A DNA stretch of 64,000 nt, taken from assembly GCA_051362555.1 (NCBI GenBank), contig CM120642.1, positions 14,818,001 to 14,882,000 of the forward strand, read 5' to 3'. Numbering within the stretch: position 1 is the stretch's first letter; the number at the start of each line of letters is the position of its first letter. A program made the translations under genes and the position numbers. This DNA is from Lingula anatina (taxonomy: Eukaryota > Animalia > Brachiopoda). The notes beneath the pieces are model-generated. The model saw nothing but the letters and a program-made list of their open reading frames with translations. It was not told where the DNA came from and did not search any database. Positions 1 through 10,354 of the stretch are shown one piece after another.

Positions 1-1099
1 GGTCTCTTTGAACTCCTAGCTGTCTTCGAACGATCCTACCTAATAGAAAGCCTTCAAAAAATATTATTCCTGAGAAAATGCTTCCGTTGGCCTCATCGCG
101 TGGTTTGTCTTTCTTCTTTTGTTTGTCTCTCTCCTCTTTAAATCGGCCATTTGGTTGGAAAACGAAGGGAGTTGTTCTCTGGGAAGTCTCTGTCTACACA
201 CTGATTCGGTTTAAAGTGACGCTAATTTTGGGACATTTTTTGAAGACATTTATCTATGTTTTGCTTTGTATTCATACATGTAGGCCTACACTCTTCTGCT
301 TGTGGTCAAGAACGTCAGACATCCTTAAGGTTCTTTTTTATTCTGTGCCATCTATTTCAAATTTATTAATTTTTTTTAAACTGTAAGTAGAATATTACAA
401 GCCGAGCAATCCTTTTTTCACGTAGAACTCAATTCATTGCATATGGCGAGCACTTGGGTCTATCATGTATGTCAACCACAACTCGAGTAAAAAAGAAAAA
501 AAATTTAAAATGTTTTCTCTTGATCGTTGATGCACTCTTGTAAATATGCACATAAGTGTCAAAATGAATTAAAAAAATACATCTGGAAGCCTTTCGCACG
601 TCCAACGTTGGTAAAACTTTGATGTAAAGACGATATTTGTTTAAATTTTAACGAGTCTCTGTTTACATGTTTTTATGCACCAATATATTCCACAAAGCGA
701 CTTCGGTTGAATTTTAAGCTCATGATGTTGATGTACGGACATGAACATGGAGTAAATTTTCTTGAACATTATAGCATGACACTATTAAAAACTGAATAAA
801 TGCGCAACTTTTGTCATTTCACGAACATCCGTCGGGAGCTCTAATTTTAATAAAAATATATATTCGTATCCGCCTTTATTTTACAAATCAACGTCACTGA
901 TGGCCTTAAAACTGTAGGCCTATACTACATGTAACTATGATGTTTCACTTTAAATGACAACGAACTTAAAGGTTTTGCACTAGGAAAATAAACATAAACA
1001 TTTAATTGCATGACAGTTCTGTTTACATTCGTACATTTTAAGTCCCAATTATTTGCTCAAATGTTTTGGACGTATTATTAATTTTCAATCCTTCTCGGA

Positions 1100-4000
1100 T
1101 TATTTTTTTGACACGGGTGTGCCAAACATGGCCTCTCCCAGGTCCTCGCTTATCTCGGCCAGCATTTTGGGGTCTTTGTAATAGGTCACAGCTTTGGCCA
1201 TGGCCCAGGCACGCTTGACTGGCTCCACACTTTTGAAAATCCCTGATCCCACGAAGACGCCGTCCACACCAAGTTGCATCAGTAGAGATACGTCGGCTGG
1301 AGTAGCTGTGTAAAATGAAATGAATATAAAATCATAACATAACTTGAAAGGAGGAGAAACAATGTCCTTTTTATTCTTCCGCCATTATAGTGTATTAATG
1401 CTATATACACTCTATACTTACAATTCTGAGGAACTGTCATTCTTTGGACTCGACCGAGTAATAAACAGCCCTATTTCTTTTCGTTTTAAAAAAAATTCAA
1501 GTACACTTCTCCATATCAGTGAATAAAATAACATAAAGCACTTATTATACTAAAAAAGTAAATCTAAAGAAAACAACAGTTTTTCTCACCGAGTCCTCCC
1601 GCTGCAAACTGGACTACTGGTAGACGACCGAGTTCTGCAGTTTGTTTCAGCAAGTCATAAGGAACACTCAACTCCTTGGCGTAACTGAACAGCTCTGGCG
1701 GGTCCAACGTCTGGACTTTACGGATCTGCTGCCGTATTATCCTTGCATGACGAACTGCTTGGCTAACATCACCTGAAACACAGACGTACCCATGCACTAA
1801 TCAACTACAAAGTGATATCCGATTATTTGAACAGTCTCAGATGGGAATTTAGGGGCTAAAGACTTTCTCATGAACGGTTGTTTTAATGCCTAGAAAAATT
1901 AATTAAGATCGGACTTTTTCCTAGTTTAGTGTACCTGTTCCTGCTTCGCCTTTAGTTCGTATCATCGCAGCTCCCTCTGCTATGCGTCTCAGCGCCTCCC
2001 CGAGGTCCCGTGCACCGCATACGAAGGGCACAGTGAACTGGTGCTTGTCCACGTGATGGTCGTCGTCCGCATTGGTTAAGACTGCATCAAAAGATAAAGA
2101 ATGAATTTTTTAAAAGAACCAGTACTAATATTTATTGTTGCAGTTATTACTTGTAAGTAACTAAAACACATTATGACAAGGTAAATGGTAACTAAAGGGT
2201 ATGCGTTAAACTGCACTTCAATAAATATTGATTCTTCTTTGGGACATAACGGCATATAAGTTATTATCATATTTTCCTTAAACTGATTTAACTTTAAAGA
2301 CTACTACATGTATTGCAACAATAAAAGCACCAAGACACCCATTTGTTAAAACTACAAACATGGACGATATGCGCTGGCAGATCCAGTAAAATATCATTGG
2401 AGGGGGGGGCGGATTGTGGCAGTTTGCATTATCAAGTATTTTAAAGCACGCTTTATTAGCCAGTCTTCATGTTGTGACATTTTCGCCATCTGGGTGGTGC
2501 AGGGGGGGGGGGGAGTGGGTCTGCCATTTTGATCTGTAAAAGGGGACAGTGGGTACGGGCTTCTTGTTTCCCCTGGATCTGCCTATTACATCATCAAGAG
2601 TGTAATACATTTTTGATATAATCTGTAGAGAATACCTACCCTCTGATTCATCAATCATATCCACTCCTAGAGCCTGGAGGATTTGAGCTTCAGCGAAATG
2701 TCCAATGCGACATTTGGCCATAACAGGTATCGTCACAGCGTCCAAGATCCCTTTTATCATCTAGAAAAGGTGAAATTTTACACAGATAAAAGGTATAAAG
2801 AGATTTTAAATTCGGTGTCCTTTGAACGTGCTGTCATCATAAAAGAAAGCATTAAGTCTTCTTACTTTAAAAACACCATACTTCAAATCTGCTCCACATT
2901 AACCGGTTAAAGTAATACCTCCATAAGTATACTTCTCTTTCTTGGTGATCAATCGATATGACACGCTCCGATTTATGTCCCTATTAAAATTAAGAATCAG
3001 ACCATAAACAGAGCAGTTCTTCTGTCATACTTTACCTTGGGATCAGACATTCTAGCCACGCCCCCCTGACTGCGGATATCTGCCGGTACCCTCTCCAGTG
3101 CCATCACTGCGCATGCCTGAAACACATAACGGTAAATATTTTACTTCTCTTTGGGATTTCTTTGTCTCTGTTGCAAGCCCTAAAATAGCATTTTAATAGG
3201 GCACATAAGGTCAATTGTTTTAGCACGTAACCAAAAATATTTGCAGCCCAATTATTATTATTATTCAGCTATAGGTCAACAGAGAAAAAGCGCTATGTTA
3301 GTGTACATGTATCAAAACAAACACATATGTTATAATATTGCGTCTTGGAAAGAAAGTGAGACTTAAAATCGTACCCCTGCTTCTTCTGCAACCCTGGCCT
3401 CCTCTGGAGTGGTGACGTCCATAATAATTCCTCCTTTAGCCATCTGTGCCAGGCCCGCTTTTACTTTGAATGTCCCCGTCTTGGGGACAGTCGGCCCCGT
3501 TAGGGACAGATTGCACACGCCTTCCGCAACGCCGTTCATTGCACCTAGAGAGAAAAGTTTAATCATGTGTGCTGATTCTTCAATCGTTCAGTTTATACAG
3601 GTATAACGTGTTTTAATCACCATCATCATAAGTTACGACGGAGAGCAAATGAAACAAACTCGGTTGATCCTTTTTGTTCTCTTTTGCGACAACAAAACCC
3701 AAATATGAAGGTGCGCTGTATCAGACCTGAAATAACTGCGGCAAACTTGCACAGATAACACAGAGGAATCACACAAAAAAAAAATCCATATTATACTGGT
3801 AGGATGGATAAAGGTATACTATACGAATTTGAAAACGTCCCAGATCTAGAGTCATACATGTATTTCAATCCAAAAAAGTTTTTTTCCCCCGAGTAGGATA
3901 CACTCATAAATTTGAAATAATATTTTTTGCAGAGAATAAGTATAATACAAGCATACTCCTACATAACATGTATGCACAGTGCCTGGTATGTTTAATCCCC

Positions 4001-4668
4001 CTATAATAATGTAAGCGCCTTAATACCTTAAAGCTGTAGATATGCAAATGAACAAGATATTGCCGTGTTGGATAACCACCTTCCATGTTTTTTTATGACA
4101 TATTCTCGACAGTCAGTAGCTGTGGGCCTGCTTCAACACCTGTTGATGCAGGTAGACAAAAGACATTTCCAACGGAAGAGAGTTTAACAACATAGGCGTG
4201 TTATTCTCTCTGTGTTGAATGTATGTATGCAAGTTGTTGTTAACATGTATGCATGTTTTATAACGCTAACAATCTGCCTGCTTATTCGTCTAAATGCCTT
4301 TGATAAATTGAAGCCATTTTCACGTATGTTGGGTTTTCACGTACTGCTGGCATAATGATGACTCATATGTTTTTGTCGATTGCATAGTGTATACTAAGTG
4401 TGCACTATCACAGTAATTTGTGTAAATGATATTTACGGTTTTTAAATGATAGGTAAGAATTTCCCATGACACTCGGGTTAAACGTGTGATCGTCACGCTC
4501 ATCAAGCACATAAATGCGCCCTATGTACAGGGTCTTTATAGGTATGCAATGAAAGACTTTACAGTCTGCACGTGCCATATTATTTGATCTCTTGACGATC
4601 ACCGCATACGTCTACATGATCAGATGCAGCAGACAGGTGAAGGAAACACACTTACCATTCATGTTCAT
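1100..4668 (-). CDS. PDX1: Pyridoxal 5'-phosphate synthase, synthase subunit (PDX1/SNZ/PdxS), ~306 aa, 7 coding exons
   Basis: Exons (minus): 4668-4656, 3544-3375, 3116-3036, 2760-2640, 2081-1935, 1772-1590, 1305-1100. All junctions are GT-AG and frame-consistent (921 nt). Translation contains family motifs [99 protein letters not shown] and [11 protein letters not shown]. Residues equivalent to catalytic Asp24, Lys81 and Lys149 (B. subtilis numbering) are present. The 13-nt first coding exon (MNMNG) is less certain than the in-frame ATG at 3539. Confidence 0.96.
2376..2583. mobile_element. Short non-autonomous element (MITE-like) in PDX1 intron
   Basis: Perfect 11-bp inverted termini GGCAGATCCAG (2376-2386) and CTGGATCTGCC (2573-2583) enclose G-tract-rich sequence. 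A related terminus CAGGGGCGGATCCAGG occurs at 35209-35224. Confidence 0.6.
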
Positions 4669-5825
4669 TGTGTCGGGAATGGAGCGTCTGTTGGCTGATG
4701 TAAGCGCCGTTCTTGAAAATATCGCAGTGCCTTCTTTGGGGAGACTTTCTTCTATCTTAGCTGTGTACTAAATGGCCACCGACGTAAGAAGTTATGAAAC
4801 CACAAAACAAACAGCGTGAAATGAAAAGCTGGGTCGACGGTGCAATTAAGTGCTGTTATTTCGTAAGCCTGTCTGTGAGGATGTTATTAATGCAGAGTTG
4901 CTATTCAATTTAGAATTACTCAAGTAGAAAGGCCTTAAATTTCGACAGACTTCATAACATTGTAATCGACGCAAATTTTCTGTACACAAGAGAAAGGTAG
5001 GTGAAAGTGGATAAAAATTATCACATAAAGAGTTGTTTAATTGAGCGGGTACAAAGGTATGACCCTTGGACGGCAACAATGAACCCCTGTGTGTGGTAAG
5101 CCATTTGTAAGCCCCAACTTCCCCTATTACCTTAAATTTATGATGAAATACACGTGTTTACTTTGGGAAACCAATCACGTTTTGGCCATATAGCTCAGTG
5201 TACTAATTATGAACTGCATAGCTATTACGATGAAATGAAATACGCTCACAATCAGTGTCACAAAACAATCAACAGCAAAGAGGGGCTCCCTGAATTAAGT
5301 TGTGGTTATATCCGCATTTAAGAGTAAGGAGTGAAGTCCCTGCTAAGGTAGGCCAAGGTTACTTTTATCTTTTAAACCACGGGACTCTAGATTTCTCCTC
5401 TAAAGTTTGTTTATTATAATATACGTTATGCAATGATGGAATGGAGCTTTGGGGTATATCACGATGTATCGGTGATGTATGCTGTCTCGTATAACAATCA
5501 CATACATACACTACTAAAAGTGTATTGATGGTTGGCAATTTCACCTATCCGTCGGAAGCGTGATATGGATATTTAGGCCTAACATGCCACAAATGTGACC
5601 GGTTGAAGTGTCCGAACTGTCACCTGTTGACCTACAAGGCTTAAAATTAGGGACTCAAGACTTTCCCAAATAGACCTATTGTATTTCAGCAGAAAAACCT
5701 TATGGGTCCTTTTAAACAAATAAAGATGTACTAGTATATTTGTATATATTTTAAGCACTATTAGCACCGTAGTGTTATTCTAATTGTTATTATCTTTAAT
5801 CATGATAGGAACCTTACTGGCAGCT
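4669..5825. promoter_or_regulatory. Shared bidirectional promoter and 5'UTR region of PDX1 and PDX2
   Basis: Lies between the divergent start codons (4668 minus, 5826 plus). Contains CCAAT at 5171-5175 and a likely non-coding PDX2 5' exon ending at AAG|GTAGG (5347/5348). Confidence 0.6.
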
Positions 5826-6939
5826 ATGCCAAATTCAGGGGAACTAAGGATCGGCATTTTAGGAATTCAAGGCGCTTTTCATGAACACAAAGTCGCCCTC
5901 CTGAAAGCCCATGAAGCCGCCAAGTCCGACCACCTCTCAGACTGGACACTGGACATCGTGGACGTACGATCACGGGAAGATGTCACTGACGATTTAGATG
6001 GACTAATACTGCCAGGAGGTGAAAGCACCACCATGAGTCTATTCCTGAAGAGAGAAGGCTTAGATACTGTTCTCCGAGAATGGATGGCGAAAAAGAGGCG
6101 AGTGACGTGGGGCACGTGCGCAGGTATGATTCTACTGGCGGAGAACATTGAGCATCAGAAAGAAGGAGGGCAATCTCAGGTATGGGAATTGTGTTAGGTG
6201 GGGAAAACAAAACCATGTACCCTCTTGAAATACGTTTATGCTACTTAATTTATCTAACGGGTATTGACTCTGGCAAGTTGTTAATTCACTTTGGGTAGCG
6301 CCCAGCAGTCATTATAAAGTTAGGTTGGTCGGAGTAACATATTTTTGAACTTAATAAATATTCAAATACTTAAAACATTATTCTAGCTTCTCCAAGATTG
6401 CAAGTTAAGGACCTAAGCAGGTCAATGATGTATGAGCGTTGTTCTTCTGAAATAAATTCTTTTATTTGACTTATAATGATCTTCATTTGGCAGATATATG
6501 TCACAATTATTTTGGTAGATCTTTATATTGAACAAAATTTGTTAGTTTAGCCAAACATTTATTTTTAAACTGATGTGATTTTTTCCAGCTGGGAGGCCTA
6601 CACGTGACAGTTTCACGGAACTATTTCGGTCGCCAGGTGGACAGTTTCGAGGCTGACGTCACTGTTTTGTCAAACACTTTAGCCGGTTCTTGTGAAGACG
6701 ACAAAACATGCAGGGGCGTCTTCATCCGGGCACCTGCCGTTATATCAGTGGATGACCCAAGGGTCAAGGTTATCGGTAGTTTGACCTTCACCGACAGAGA
6801 GCAGTCTGTCAGGTCTGTGATTGTCGCTGTGCAAGAGGAGAATACCCTTGCCACAGCATTTCACCCAGAACTTACAGACGACACCAGATGGCATAGACAT
6901 TTCTTAGAAATGGTCAAACGAAATAAAACTTCCATTTAA
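5826..6939 (+). CDS. PDX2: Pyridoxal 5'-phosphate synthase, glutaminase subunit (PDX2/SNO/PdxT), ~234 aa, 2 coding exons
   Basis: Exons 5826-6179 and 6589-6939, joined by CAG|GTATGG ... TTTTCCAG|CTG (phase 0). Motifs: IGILGIQGAFHEH, LILPGGESTT, WGTCAGMILL (nucleophile Cys), RNYFGRQVDSFE, GVFIRAP, ATAFHPELT (His-x-Glu of the class I glutamine amidotransferase triad). Confidence 0.96.
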
Positions 6940-7394
6940 CGCAATGTAGTTTAAACCGTTTTTTTTTTTTTTTTTTTTGAAAAATTAGACAAGTATATTG
7001 GAAGTTGTAATCCAAGGAATCAGCAGATGAAATGTAATTTAGCTGAGCTATAGATAAAAAGCGTTTGTTTTGGCTCCATCGTTACAACAATAGTCGTGTG
7101 TTTAATTATGACTTAAAGGTTAATAAACAAGAATGGCATTTGACATGGTGTAAATCTCAATGGTTATGCTATGATTGAACAAGAGCAGTATACTTAAGAC
7201 AATTTCAACAGCAGGTGTGTTTTTCAAGTTATTAAATCTTACATTTCGATGATATGTCTATACCGTATCCCAGTCGAATCCAGTTGAGTCAAACTAAATG
7301 TAAAAACAAATATTTACGTGTGTATCATTTGTTTGTTTAACTATCAAAATGTTCTTAGCTATCAACCCCCGATAAGTTTTTTATTCTCGGTATA

Positions 7395-7572
7395 CTTGAT
7401 TAAGACTCTATCGATTATTTAAACATTAAACATTCCCATGGAAAAAGATACAGAACTCACAAGAAAAAAACATGAAAAAAACGCTTGATTTAGACTCTAT
7501 TGATTTTTTAAACATTAAACATTCCCATGGAAAAAGATACAGAACTCACAAGAAAAAAACATGAAAAAAAAA
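7395..7572. repeat. Tandem direct duplication, ~89-bp unit x2
   Basis: AGACTCTAT...AAACATTAAACATTCCCATGGAAAAAGATACAGAACTCACAAGAAAAAAACATGAAAAAAA occurs at 7403 and again at 7492 with few mismatches. Confidence 0.9.
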
Positions 7573-8713
7573 CACTTTTTGTTTGAAGTTACCGGGGCCG
7601 TAGATTGCAGGAAGGGCATCCCCTCCACTAAAAAAAAATTTAAAAAGAGATCTTAATAAAATGTTAGCTATTGCCTTTCTCCCAGCCCATCACAAGCTTC
7701 TTACTTTTCCTACGGTCAGCGTTGAGAAGACTTGCACAGACGGTGCAAATGACCTGTTACCTACAGTTTGTATATATGGATTGTAGGCTGTCAACAGTTA
7801 CCATCTACCAACGTTTTTTTCAGCCTAAACCCTCTGCACCCCAGGTTGTAACTATTCAACACCGTAAAATAGAGCCTGTAGGGTATTGTACTAATGGCAA
7901 TATACTCATTTTTCGGTACTAAACGTGGCTATAAACATTATAATTGCTAATTGTAATGAACTTAAGATAATATTTGTGGCAAACTGGTCTTGTCTATTGT
8001 GAAACAAGCTGGTGGTTTAGTCATTTAAAGCCCCCAAAATGATATTGTCACTTATGTGGGTAATATATGTACTTAACCCTTTACCAATGGCACAGATATA
8101 ATTTTTATCTAGATATTCACGCATGTTTCTGTGGCTATTCACAAGCTGTCCACATTTTTTATCAGTCTGGACGGGTGAGAGTTGTTGCACAATGACTGCG
8201 TCATTTCTCAGTCGGTTTCTGGTAGATTGAACATGTAGGCCTACATGGAATACATGTGCATGAAAACAAACGTCGATAAATGGATGAAAATCTCTTAGGG
8301 ATCGATCTAGGCATGGGAACCCAGTCTAAATGTATCATTTAATTCAATACCAGAGTTATAAGAATCTGCTTTAGAGAAAAACAAAATCAAAAACATTGAA
8401 TCTACTTGATTACACATCATACAAAAAACATGTACTGCGTTATGATAAGGAATTGATGTTACTAATCATTTACTGTTTTTCAAGTTACGAACTTGCGTAT
8501 ATAAATATATACAAGGGAATAGACCAACAAATCACTCGCGTAATGTTTCTACCGCAAAGGGCAACGTTAGGCCTGTTTTACAACGGCTACGCGAGATCAC
8601 AGCACTTATATACATGTAAATATATGGCTGTGTAAATCAACAAATTAAATTAACTGAATTGGCAAATTAGAAGTCCGGATTTTTTCTCAATCTTTTCGGT
8701 TTGCTTGTCAAAA

Positions 8714-10354
8714 TTACAGACCAGTTTCTTTCCTCTCGCCCGTTTCCTCCTTATCGTCATTCTTTATTTGTTCTTGTTCCGGTGTTTGGTCACTCGTTGC
8801 GTTTGGTTGAACGCTGCGACGTCGTTTTCGTAGGTACAGGTACGCTACCAGGCCACCTAAACCGGCGAGAAGCACGAGGAAGGAAGCGCCGACACTTGTA
8901 CCGATTATAATGCCTTTGTTTGAAGGTGATAACTTGAGGATGTTGCCTCGGCTGACGTCCGTCTCATTGGTTTCTCCGTTGGCATTCTCCGTTGTAGGAC
9001 TTGGTGTTATTGGTGCATTTTTGGATGGAATTGCGACAGTATGACTTGTTGTGGTCTCAGATGCGACTGAAACTGCGGACCCGGAAAATATCCCTATCTG
9101 TGTAGTAGTAGTTGGATCTGGACAAGCGGTTTTGTACTTCACGTACCAAGAGTTTGATGTGTTCAATGCATTGATTAGTGGGTCGGCTTGAACCTGACAT
9201 ATAATTTAAAAGAACATTTACACAATTCTTGATAATTTCGAAGTAATATAAATGTCTCTATCTCTAATTTAGAAAAACTCAAGTTTATTTGTTTCAGACA
9301 ATTTTATATTTCTCTGTAGTCGGGTTAGATTATATTACAAAAACGTACATTTTGCTCCGGGCATATTGCTATTACCCTCTATACCTTTTTGCATGTTACA
9401 TAGTGATATAATCGAGTAAAAGGTAGGCCTATTGTAAAGAAAATCCTGCTTACCTGCGCATAGGGCCTCAGACAAGTTCCCCGTCAAGTGGTACAGACCA
9501 GAAAAATTGTCAACAATGAAAGCATGGTTGGACACCGGCTCGCTGACTATTGCTTGCATGTCAATGAGCTGTGTCTTATTGCCCACACCTACGGCGTATA
9601 TTTCGATGCCCTGACTTTTTACTGGGAATGCTCTTTGAACAGTTAAGCAAAATCTGTCCATTATATCCGTCGTAATGATAACAGCTATTTTCCTGGTATT
9701 ATTACGACCCCCTCGTGAATCAGCAGGATTGAGAAAAACCGTTCTTGCAAGGTAAAGGGCTTTGTAAGTTTGACTCCCAAATAAAGAATTTTCGTGAATA
9801 GTCAGAGGCTTACTTAATGCGCTCATGACATCTGCTTCAGACCGTTTTGGATCTAGTGTTATAATTGCATTTACTGTTGGTATAAAAGATATAACTGCAA
9901 CACTATCTTTGCCCGGACGTACCTCGAAGGTATCATTGACCAAACTTTTCAGGAGATACTGAATCTTCGGGCCATCGTCAGGTTTTCCAGTAACATCCAA
10001 CAGGAATGCTATATCAGCGTTAGCGAGCTCTGAAATCACATGAAAGATACCTAAAACTACTTAACTACGTCATTTAGAAGAAATCCACAAGAATTGTAAG
10101 TGTATGCCTACTCATTACAGTATAACTGTCCAATTGTCCAATACGCTGTGTATGCAAGTTTTGTTTTTAATTTACTTTCATTTGATACACTATACATGTT
10201 ACAATATAATTAATTTTTTTCCACAGTGTGTTCGAGTAATGTTTATAATGTAAGTCAAGGCCTACTTACTGCATCCGATAGCCGTTCGGAGTAAAACGGG
10301 GAAAACTGCCACACCAATAATGAAATAAATCGCTCGAAGTTTCGTCTCTTCCAT
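8714..10354 (-). CDS. Single von Willebrand factor A (VWA) domain type I membrane protein, ~377 aa
   Basis: Exon 1, 10354-10270: signal peptide MEETKLRAIYFIIGVAVFPVLLRTAIG. Exon 2, 10029-9454: VWA (ADIAFLLD, VAVISF, TYKAL, KIAVIITTD, GIEIYAVGVG, IVSEP...HAF.VDNF). Exon 3, 9186-8714: Thr/Ser/Pro-rich stalk, TM segment IIIGTSVGASFLVLLAGLGGLVAYLYL, RKRRR stop-transfer, short acidic tail. The exon 3 acceptor is ambiguous (see findings). Confidence 0.82.

Noticed and set aside
1100-6939. PDX1/PDX2 as bacterial or symbiont contamination
   Set aside because: Multiple canonical GT-AG introns, a host-type MITE in an intron, and contiguity and shared composition with animal genes. Formal exclusion still needs read-level checks.
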